In this document: positions 5,603-12,186 of the stretch, piece by piece
Layout of the letters: each line of letters starts with the position of its first letter
Position numbering within the stretch: the first letter of the stretch is position 1
Assembly: GCA_012798365.1 (NCBI GenBank)
Contig: JAAZNH010000162.1
Location: 1-12,186 of the forward strand
Length of the DNA stretch: 12,186 nucleotides
Origin: Methanomicrobiales archaeon
GTDB taxonomy: Archaea > Halobacteriota > Methanomicrobia > Methanomicrobiales > Methanospirillaceae
Direction: 5' to 3'
The notes under the pieces: generated by a model
Told to the model about the DNA's origin: nothing
Database searches by the model: none
Seen by the model: the letters and a program-made list of their open reading frames with translations, nothing else
Position numbers and translations under genes: made by a program

Positions 5603-7051
5603 ATGGCGGGCAACGACAACTCCATAGATTCCGTCATCGTTGTCGCAGGGATCATCGGATGCTTTCTCGTGTTCTTCCTGATGTTTTTTATTCCCTTTAT
5701 TGATCTTTTACCGTTCATTCTTGGCGGAGTAATACTCCTTATGGTCATCGTGGTTCTGGGGGTATCATTTTCCGGGTTTTCAGATCCAGGCACGACAGGA
5801 CAAAACACCAGGGACACTTCGCCACAACCAGCCCCGGTCCAGGAGCCTGAAACGTCTCCGGCACTACCCGGCAAATCGGGAGGTAGTTCAGCACTGGATT
5901 ACTTTTTCTGGAGTGTGATAGCCGTACTCTTTGCCGGCACCGTGCTATTCAATCAGCTGACCCGGATGTACTTTAATGCCCAGACGTATCTGTGGTGTTT
6001 CCTGTATTTCGCGGGTCTTGTTTTCTTCGGGTCCATTGCAGGTTTTGGGATAGAGTTCTGGAAGGCACGCAGGGAAAACCAGTCTGTCCCGGATGCGAAA
6101 AAGGCGCTTTACCTGCCGCTGGCAAGGAAGGGGCTCATACTATTTGGTCTGTTTATCCTGGCATTTTTCTTCTTCAGGATATGGAAACAATCGATTCAGG
6201 GAGAAACCGTTCCGGAAACTGACATATTCATCCTGGGAATCCTCCTCATGCTCCTCTATCTGTATTACCGGGGCTATCGGTACCTGAAGCCCGCTGTTGG
6301 GGAGAGTGGCAAGGGAAGCCGGTTGGAAAACCTCATTGGTTTCATCGGGGAATTATTCAGGTTCTTTAAAGGGAATTTTGCCGGATATATTCTCGCCGCG
6401 ATCCTCCTGAACGCGGGTATTGCACTTGTTCTCTATCTTGCAATGAACCGGATCATCACGCTCGATCTCACCAAATCAGCCGGGTTCCTCCTCTTCATCC
6501 TGTTCGCATTTGGCAACCTCATGCTGTTTGCCCTGATTCTGCTCAGGCTGGAGTATATCAAGAAACACCCCCTCTCAGAAAGCGGAGTCGTTCTTCCGGC
6601 ACCACCGGGCACTCCCGGTTTTTACCTGACTCCCCAGGCTGGAACCTTCATGATGGGTATTCTCATGATCGGTTTTCTCATTGCGTTCTTTGCAGTCCCG
6701 TTCCTTGCGGCTGATCTTGTATTCAACGATAATCCGTCCCAGAAATCCAGCATACCGGAAAATAAAAAGATCAACATTGTCATCGGGAATACTGATCCAT
6801 CAAAGGTAATCGTTCATTATTATGAAGGAGAGGATTCGGACCGCCTTGTCTTCCTGGAAGCGATGATTTATGATCAGAACAGCACGCTCTTAGATCGATC
6901 GGTACTTGGTTCAGAACGGGAGATTTCTCCGCTCAGAGACAGCCAGATTGTTTTTTCCGGAGTATTTCCGGAGCGTTCAAGAATTATTGTACGCGGGCAT
7001 TTTACCGATGGGACGAACCAGATTGTCCACGAATCGCTCCTCTCAACCTGA
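5603..7051 (+). CDS. Hypothetical polytopic membrane protein (about 9 TM segments) with a Pro/Thr/Gln-rich linker and a C-terminal soluble domain of about 110 aa
   Basis: This 482-aa ORF is the only long ORF in the region, and it has repeated 20-25 residue hydrophobic stretches. I recognise no family motif. GC content is visibly lower than in the neighbouring genes. Confidence 0.7.
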   Translation: MAGNDNSIDSVIVVAGIIGCFLVFFLMFFIPFIDLLPFILGGVILLMVIVVLGVSFSGFSDPGTTGQNTRDTSPQPAPVQEPETSPALPGKSGGSSALDYFFWSVIAVLFAGTVLFNQLTRMYFNAQTYLWCFLYFAGLVFFGSIAGFGIEFWKARRENQSVPDAKKALYLPLARKGLILFGLFILAFFFFRIWKQSIQGETVPETDIFILGILLMLLYLYYRGYRYLKPAVGESGKGSRLENLIGFIGELFRFFKGNFAGYILAAILLNAGIALVLYLAMNRIITLDLTKSAGFLLFILFAFGNLMLFALILLRLEYIKKHPLSESGVVLPAPPGTPGFYLTPQAGTFMMGILMIGFLIAFFAVPFLAADLVFNDNPSQKSSIPENKKINIVIGNTDPSKVIVHYYEGEDSDRLVFLEAMIYDQNSTLLDRSVLGSEREISPLRDSQIVFSGVFPERSRIIVRGHFTDGTNQIVHESLLST

Positions 7052-7157
7052 TTTCTCGACCTGGTGACTAATAATAAAAACCTACTCGCAGGGGGCCTCG
7101 CAGATTGGGTCGTGGCAGCGAGGAGTGAGAAGACCCTCCAGATTTTCCCCGGTTCCC

Positions 7158-7180
7158 CCTTTTCTCCGACGGAGAAAAGG
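7158..7180. repeat. Perfect 10-bp inverted repeat with a 3-nt loop in non-coding DNA
   Basis: The sequence is CCTTTTCTCC-GAC-GGAGAAAAGG, about 110 nt downstream of the 5603..7051 stop. Confidence 0.35.
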
Positions 7181-7488
7181 ACATCTCTCATTTCAGGTCC
7201 CCAGAGTGTCCCGGCTCGCGTCCATGAGCATCCCGAATGGGACACACGCACACCGTTTCATTTCACCACCCATTAGCGTCTGTTAGCCGCAGTACTTCCG
7301 AGTGATTTTTCACCGGGGACAAAACCGGTATTTTGTCAAGGTACTTCCCGCAGAATTCCGCCAGTATTTTTCCGCATTTGTCCTGTCAGTTTTGAAAAAA
7401 TGGGGAAACGGAGCCCTGTGAGGGCCCGGATTCGTCAGCCCCGCCAACAGGGATATTCACCGTCGGTACCGACGTAGCCAGGATCATA

Positions 7489-7851
7489 TCAGATCAAAGG
7501 AGACCCGTCCCGGTGGATTTCAAGCAGCCAGCCATCTTCTACGCTGAAAAAGCGCCATGTCCCAAACTTCGAATATACCCAGAGTTCACGGGAGATCGTA
7601 TTGTTTCCCGGAATCGTCCGCAGGAGCGCAATCGCTTCCCGGTCCTCCGCTTCAATCTCAGCCGGCGATCTCCGGATTGATTCGATCCTCCGGATCCGGA
7701 CAAAGGTCACACGACTGTTGCCGGTTATCACGAGAACTGCCGGACTCTCGTTTGTCTGCCGGATTTCCATCACAATGCCGCGGGCTCGTGCAAGCATCAC
7801 TGCCTGCCGGATACCCTGCGTGGGAGGTCGACCCCGGGTCACTCCCGACAT
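7489..7851 (-). CDS. Hypothetical protein (orphan 120-aa ORF, possibly the remnant of a larger disrupted gene)
   Basis: This is the only ORF in the region with a plausible composition (…VLVITGNSRVTFVRIRR…REAIALLRTIP…RELWVYSKFGTWRFFSV…). I recognise no motif. A 14-bp palindrome, CGTCGGTACCGACG (7461-7474), lies just downstream of its stop. Confidence 0.35.
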   Translation of the reverse strand: MSGVTRGRPPTQGIRQAVMLARARGIVMEIRQTNESPAVLVITGNSRVTFVRIRRIESIRRSPAEIEAEDREAIALLRTIPGNNTISRELWVYSKFGTWRFFSVEDGWLLEIHRDGSPLI

Positions 7852-8467
7852 CCCTCCCTCTTTCGCAATTTCCTTTCTTGAGCCGGGATTCCAAAAATCG
7901 GAATCCCGTACGATTCCCGAAAATGTGCTTCCTCAGTCGGTTCTGTCATGTACTGTCCTCTTCTACTTTCCGCTCTTGTTCGCAGCAGAGCCCCCGCTAT
8001 CCGTACTGCTGTTCCTCTCCAGAGAAATATCCGGAACGCTTACACCGTCCGGTGTTTTCCATGGAGTCCGCGGTCCAGCCCACATCCACAAAAGCCGGGG
8101 CCGGCGTTCACCTGCCTGATCCGGTACAGGGTTTTCCCGTACCTGCCCTGCACGGGACCATGGCCCGGAATCAGGATTGGATTTTCCTATCCTGGTCCTG
8201 TTCCGGCTCTGTACCCGTTCCCGTTTATCGTGCAGTGCGGTCAATTTGTATTTTAATTAGTGTAATAAAAAATAGGTTATCAACTTGCTGGTGACTGCCT
8301 GAACACTGGTACATTACCGGGCAATCCGCGGGGTATTCCGGCCCGGAAGGGAGCTGCAACCCGGGCTGCAGCTGCAGGAGCGCAGGGAAAAATCCTGATC
8401 CGGTAATTCCGGGAAAATACATCCTCATATTCTGGCGGATCGACAAAAAAGGGAAAAATGGATGTGA

Positions 8468-9529
8468 TTACTTTGCTGCTGCAGTGGTTGCGGCTGCAGC
8501 GGCAGTTGCTGCAGCGGCGGGTGCTGCGGGCGGCTTGACATCAGTTGCCGGGGATGTGTGGTCGCCGACATACCCTGCCTTTGCATCAGGAACAGTCACG
8601 CTCATCGGGATGAAGAGCGCCTTGCCGTACTTGTCAACACCGAACTTGCCGATCTCTGCCTGGGTTGCGGGGTCGATTAAGAAGTTGACGAAGTTGTTGG
8701 CCATCTGGATCTTGTCAGCCGGCTGCTTGTCATTGTACACTGTCATGACGCTGTAGATGTTCAGGAGACTTGCACCCTGGGTGATGAGCGGCTTGATCGC
8801 AAGGTCCTTCTGGTATGCAAGGTAGGTACCCTCATCGGTCAGGACATATGCGCCCTTCTCGTTTGCCATCTGGAGGGTCTCTCCCATGCCCTTACCGGCC
8901 TCTACGTACCAGGTGCCGGACTTCTGGACCTGGGTAGAGTAGTTGAACTTTGCCGCGGACCAGACACCCTTCTCGGCAGTGTGGGTTCCGGAACCGTCGC
9001 CACGGGAGACGAATGCAACACCGGCAGTCTTGTTGGTACCCTTGATGAGCAGGGTGGAGAATGCCTTTTCAGGTGTCATACCCTTGATTCCGGCCGGGTC
9101 ATTTTCAGGTCCGACAATGATGAATGAGTTCGATGCAAATGAGCGGCGGTTGATGCCGTAGCCGTCTTTCACAAATGCCAGTTCCTGGCTGGGGGAGTGG
9201 ACGAGAAGGACATCTGCGTCACCCTTCTTGGCAAGCTCGATTGCCTTACCGGTACCCTGGGAGGTAATTTTCAGCTTCACATTGTACTGCTTCTCGAACA
9301 TCGGCTGGAGCATGTCGAGCAGTTTCGTGTCATACAAGCTTGTTGTGGTTGCAATCAGGAGCTCCTTCTGGGGCTCGGCTGCGGGGGTCGGGGCAGCGGT
9401 CGGGGCTGCAGTTGCTGCGGCGGTTGCCGGAGTTGTCGTCGTCTGCTGGCCGGTACATCCCGCAAAGGATGCCGCAAGCAGCAGAAGGACTAAAGCCATG
9501 GATAAAAATCCTACATGCATACGGGTCAT
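8468..9529 (-). CDS. tupA: TupA-type tungstate ABC transporter substrate-binding lipoprotein
   Basis: A signal/lipobox-like N-terminus (LLLLAASFAGC) is followed by a Thr/Ala/Pro linker. The core blocks ELLIATTTSLYDTKLLD, QGTGKAIELAKKGDADVLLVHSP, FVSRGDGSGTHTAEK and WYVEAGKGMGETLQMA match the TupA family (COG2998) as I remember it. Alternative starts are at 9520 and 9499. Confidence 0.85.
   Translation of the reverse strand: MTRMHVGFLSMALVLLLLAASFAGCTGQQTTTTPATAAATAAPTAAPTPAAEPQKELLIATTTSLYDTKLLDMLQPMFEKQYNVKLKITSQGTGKAIELAKKGDADVLLVHSPSQELAFVKDGYGINRRSFASNSFIIVGPENDPAGIKGMTPEKAFSTLLIKGTNKTAGVAFVSRGDGSGTHTAEKGVWSAAKFNYSTQVQKSGTWYVEAGKGMGETLQMANEKGAYVLTDEGTYLAYQKDLAIKPLITQGASLLNIYSVMTVYNDKQPADKIQMANNFVNFLIDPATQAEIGKFGVDKYGKALFIPMSVTVPDAKAGYVGDHTSPATDVKPPAAPAAAATAAAAATTAAAK
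8471..8536 (-). repeat. GCN-rich low-complexity tract encoding the C-terminal Ala/Thr/Pro tail of TupA
   Basis: It encodes KPPAAPAAAATAAAAATTAAAK. The DNA is built from reiterated GCTGCAGC/GCGGC units. Confidence 0.6.
9371..9442 (-). repeat. Low-complexity tract encoding the Thr/Ala/Pro linker after the TupA lipobox
   Basis: It encodes TTTTPATAAATAAPTAAPTPAAEP. Confidence 0.6.
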
Positions 9530-9609
9530 AGTAAATTACCGGCATGATGATTGGATGGATCATTATTGAATGTTTCTTTTACGTTCCGGTTCAGGGCATC
9601 AACTAGTAA

Positions 9610-10725
9610 TCAGGTGATTGAGAAACCCGGTCTGGTATCGGGATTCCGTGTTTCAAATACCTGCGGGGGCAATACATGAACGGCAGTTGCCTTGAACGAT
9701 ACACACACGGGTGTGCCGGCATCAAAAGCCAGTTCCGCAACAGATTTGGTTGTGACAACTGCGGTAATATTCACCCCAATATCGATGAAAAGAAGTGCCA
9801 GTGAGCCAGAGATGGTTTTTTGGATAATCGTACCATCGAAGATATTCCGTGCACTGGTCTTGTTCCCGTCATGTTTCAGTACCGTGATGTCATCTGCCCT
9901 GATACAGAGCGCGATATGGCTGCCCGGTTTTGCCCTGGCCATCACGGCAACCCGGTTTTTCCCGATATCGACTGTACAGAGCCCGTCTTCGCAGGACATG
10001 ACCGTCCCTTTCAGGATGTTCTCAAAACCGAGGAACCGGGCAACCCGTTCTGAACATGGGGAAGCGAAGATCGTATCAACCCTGTCCTCCTGTGCAAGCC
10101 GGCCATCAATGATCATGGCCATCCGGGTACCAAGACTTGTCGCATCGCGACGGTCATGGGTGACATGGACAATAGTCAGTCCCTGGTCCCGGTGGATCGA
10201 GCGGAGTTCTTCAATAAAACGATCCCTGGTAATCGGATCGAGCGCTGAGAGCGGTTCATCGAGTAACAGTAGTTCCGGATCGATTGCAAGGGCGCGGGCG
10301 ATTGCAACACGCTGCTGCTCACCGCCACTCAGAGTAAGCGGTGCACGGCACGCGAGATGGGTTATCTCGAACTGCTTCATCAGCTTGTTCACCTGTTGTC
10401 CAACCTCGAGTGCCGGCAGGTGGCGCATCTTCATCCCGAACGCGATATTCTTCTCAACGGTCATATGGGGGAAGAGGGAATAATCCTGGTACACAAGCCC
10501 AATCCTGCGTTTCTCAGGAGGAATCCCCCTCACATCCTTCCCCTCCTGCAGGATCCGCCCGCTGTCTGGCACAAGGAGGCCTGAAATTGCTTCCAGAATG
10601 ATGGTCTTTCCGGCACCCGATGGACCCATGATAAAATAATAATCCCCTTTTTGTATGGAGAGGGAAACCTCATCGAGTAGGAAATCCCCCAGCGCTATCG
10701 ACACCCGGTCAAACTCGATCATCAT
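9610..10725 (-). CDS. Molybdate/tungstate ABC transporter ATP-binding protein with a C-terminal TOBE/Mop-like domain (WtpC/ModC-like)
   Basis: The product has Walker A GPSGAGKT, Q-loop YQDYSLFPH, signature LSGGEQQR, Walker B LLLLDEPLSALD and H-loop VTHD. A C-terminal beta-rich extension of about 130 aa is typical of TOBE domains. The gene overlaps the permease stop by 17 nt. Confidence 0.9.
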   Translation of the reverse strand: MMIEFDRVSIALGDFLLDEVSLSIQKGDYYFIMGPSGAGKTIILEAISGLLVPDSGRILQEGKDVRGIPPEKRRIGLVYQDYSLFPHMTVEKNIAFGMKMRHLPALEVGQQVNKLMKQFEITHLACRAPLTLSGGEQQRVAIARALAIDPELLLLDEPLSALDPITRDRFIEELRSIHRDQGLTIVHVTHDRRDATSLGTRMAMIIDGRLAQEDRVDTIFASPCSERVARFLGFENILKGTVMSCEDGLCTVDIGKNRVAVMARAKPGSHIALCIRADDITVLKHDGNKTSARNIFDGTIIQKTISGSLALLFIDIGVNITAVVTTKSVAELAFDAGTPVCVSFKATAVHVLPPQVFETRNPDTRPGFSIT

Positions 10726-11557
10726 ATCTCCCCAGGTACCGGGTAACCGACCGGAGTATCAGGAAAACTGCAAAACATGCAACGATCATCACAAATGCCA
10801 CAGCGCTGCTCTCTTTGATCCCGCCAGTGGTAAACCGGTAATAGATGAGTGTGGAGATGATCATGGGATAGTAAGCAATCATAATCACGGCAGCGAACTC
10901 GCTGATAGCGCGCCCCCATGCAAGGATGCATCCATTGAAGATGTGCCGGATGGAGCTGGGCAGGACAATGAGGCAGAATGCCTGGAACCGGGTCGCTCCC
11001 AGTGTGCGGGCGACATTCTCCAGATGTACCGGAACTTTCTGGAAACCTTCCCGAACCGTGTTCACATAGAAGGGCATGGCCACAAACAGCATAGCGACAA
11101 CGATGCCTAAGAAAGCGTCTTCAAAAACAATTCCCATCTCTTTTAACGGGGCACCGATAAGGCCACGCTGCATGAAGAGGATATAGACCATCAGGCCGGC
11201 CACCGTATGGGGAAGGACAAGAGGGAGATCAATCAGGCTTTCAACAACCTGGTTGAAACGCGACTGGGTACGGGCGAGAACATAGGAGAGGGGCGTCCCA
11301 AATATAATCAGGATTGCCACCGCCACAAGACCGGCTCCGAACGTCAGCAGGATCGAGTCGATAACCTGCTTCTGGGTTGCAATGCTTATCAGGAACGGGA
11401 TATCTGCGAGTTGCCCGATTGTTATGTTGAGGAGAGCAAGGAGGGGAAGGAGTACCAGCATGCCGCCTATGAGAGAAAAGCCGATAAGGCACCAGTCGAG
11501 CTGGCCGACACTTCCCCTAATCTCGATCCAGCGACGCGTTCTTGGGGTATCGTTCAT
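10709..11557 (-). CDS. ABC transporter permease (WtpB/ModB-type, CysTW family)
   Basis: The product has multiple TM segments and the EAA-loop-like ENVARTLGATRFQAFCLIVLPS. The track ORF begins at TTG 11578. ATG 11557 is preferred because it is preceded by GGAGAG with 3-nt spacing. Confidence 0.85.
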   Translation of the reverse strand: MNDTPRTRRWIEIRGSVGQLDWCLIGFSLIGGMLVLLPLLALLNITIGQLADIPFLISIATQKQVIDSILLTFGAGLVAVAILIIFGTPLSYVLARTQSRFNQVVESLIDLPLVLPHTVAGLMVYILFMQRGLIGAPLKEMGIVFEDAFLGIVVAMLFVAMPFYVNTVREGFQKVPVHLENVARTLGATRFQAFCLIVLPSSIRHIFNGCILAWGRAISEFAAVIMIAYYPMIISTLIYYRFTTGGIKESSAVAFVMIVACFAVFLILRSVTRYLGRYDDRV

Positions 11558-11605
11558 AGGCTCTCCATGATTTGTCAAGGGATCTCGTATATCATATCAG
11601 AGGGA

Positions 11606-11620
11606 ACCTGCTTATATGCC
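11606..11620 (-). promoter_or_regulatory. Candidate TATA box (minus-strand GGCATATAAGCAGG) for the permease-ATPase transcript
   Basis: This AT-rich element lies in the 107-128 bp gap between the wtpA-like stop and the permease start, downstream of the T8 terminator. Confidence 0.3.
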
Positions 11621-11670
11621 ACACCAACATATCCGAAGGGCGTTATTTTCAGTCCGTTTACCGTGCAGAG

Positions 11671-11678
11671 AAAAAAAA
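11671..11678 (-). terminator. Oligo-T (T8) archaeal-type intrinsic terminator after the wtpA-like gene
   Basis: An A8 run on the + strand is T8 on the coding (-) strand, starting 8 nt after the TAA stop at 11686-11688. Confidence 0.45.
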
Positions 11679-11685
11679 GTTCAGG

Positions 11686-12186
11686 TTAGGGTTGCTTGTT
11701 CACCAGCGGAGCAAGCGATGTGGGCACCGAGCCAAATCCATCGGCTGGGACAATCGGGGGTTGTCCGTCAGCAGCGAGGATTGCCTGACCCTCAGGACCA
11801 ATCAGCATCTCGACAAATGCAAGTCCCATATCGGGGTGTTCAGCAATCTTGGGGACGGTGACTCCATAGACAATCGGGGATCCAACATAGCTGGTTGTCC
11901 CGTTACCCTTGACGGCTTTCGTTTGCACGGTCTTGTAGTTGTCAGCGTACTTGACCGCGGACAGGTCAATCTCCTCAGAGAGCTCGACAAACTTCAGGTT
12001 GTTCTGGACTGCAACGCTGTGGTATTCCCATGCATAATCGATACCGCCGGCCTGGACCATCTGGACAAGTTCAACACTCTTTGGACGGATGGTCAGCGAG
12101 GTCCCATCCGGAGAGGGATTGGTTGCATCAAGCGTCCATACATTACCTGTCTTTGTCGCAGTAATCTTGCTGTGGTCTTCAACAAG
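11686..12186 (-). CDS. WtpA/ModA-family tungstate/molybdate-binding protein, 5' end outside the window
   Basis: The reading frame stays open from 12060 to the window edge (…LVEDHSKITATKTGNVWTLDATNPSPDG…). The C-terminal blocks GIDYAWEYHSVAVQNNLKFVELSEEIDLS, GSPIVYGVTVPK and GPEGQAILAADGQPPIVP resemble WtpA/ModA type-II binding proteins. Confidence 0.8.
   Translation of the reverse strand, partial: LVEDHSKITATKTGNVWTLDATNPSPDGTSLTIRPKSVELVQMVQAGGIDYAWEYHSVAVQNNLKFVELSEEIDLSAVKYADNYKTVQTKAVKGNGTTSYVGSPIVYGVTVPKIAEHPDMGLAFVEMLIGPEGQAILAADGQPPIVPADGFGSVPTSLAPLVNKQP

Noticed and set aside
6874-7251. A 125-aa ORF on the minus strand overlapping the 3' end of the membrane-protein gene
   Set aside because: Nearly half of it is antisense to the 5603..7051 CDS, and nothing supports it.
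7415-7447. GGGCCCGGATTCGTCAGCCCCGCCA, which superficially resembles a tRNA T-arm and 3' end (a possible att fragment)
   Set aside because: The putative T-stem arms do not pair, there is no TTCRANN loop, and no acceptor-stem complement lies upstream.
7557-8294. A 245-aa ORF on the + strand (plus the nested ORFs at 7601..8119 and 7948..8256)
   Set aside because: The translations are Ser/Pro/Cys/Arg-rich low complexity with no motifs and no upstream promoter or SD. They overlap the more plausible minus-strand ORF and the decayed frames.
9543-9610. A C-box-like ATGATGA in the tupA/ATPase intergenic gap, raising the possibility of a C/D box sRNA
   Set aside because: There is no CUGA D or D' box at the expected 50-70 nt spacing on either strand, and no terminal stem.
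9692-10483. A 263-aa ORF on the + strand, antisense to the ABC ATPase
   Set aside because: The opposite strand carries the full Walker A, signature and Walker B motif set. The Ser-rich antisense translation has no recognisable features.
1-12186. A scan for CRISPR arrays, rRNA/tRNA genes and IS elements with terminal inverted repeats
   Set aside because: I saw no regularly spaced direct repeats, no cloverleaf-compatible segments, and no recognisable transposase or integrase motifs by eye. Only short hairpins and the low-complexity GCN tracts inside tupA were found.

Overview
The window looks like an archaeal chromosome segment, probably from a Methanomicrobia-type methanogen. This is inferred from an MtrA-family gene, AT-rich TATA-like boxes about 25-35 bp upstream of starts, oligo-T terminators, and roughly 55-60% GC coding sequence. 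There are three modules.

(1) Bases 3-3493 (+) form a tightly packed thiol-redox and arsenic cluster. It encodes a ferredoxin:thioredoxin-reductase-like protein (5' end cut by the window), a DGC-domain Cys-rich protein, a DUF166 protein, an ACR3 arsenite efflux permease, a thioredoxin-type LMW-PTP ArsC, and a soluble MtrA-family (cobamide-binding) protein.

(2) Bases 3521-5322 (+) hold a separate promoter and a 30-bp inverted repeat, followed by a three-gene unit. The genes are a Cys-rich AbrB/SpoVT-type DNA-binding protein, hgcA (mercury-methylation corrinoid protein; NVWCAAGK cap-helix motif plus a C-terminal membrane domain), and hgcB (2x[4Fe-4S] ferredoxin; CMECGA motif plus C-terminal Cys pairs). 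Downstream lie a lower-GC orphan membrane protein with about 9 TM segments (5603-7051) and a roughly 1.4 kb gene-poor, apparently degenerate stretch (7052-8467).

(3) Bases 8468-12186 (-) form a tungstate/molybdate ABC transporter locus. It encodes a WtpA/ModA-type binding protein (partial), a permease, a TOBE-domain ATPase, and a second, unrelated TupA-type binding protein.

The most interesting biology is hgcAB sitting directly next to arsenic detoxification genes and a second corrinoid-protein gene, under a possible metal-sensing AbrB regulator. All calls rest on reading motifs by eye; no searches were run.
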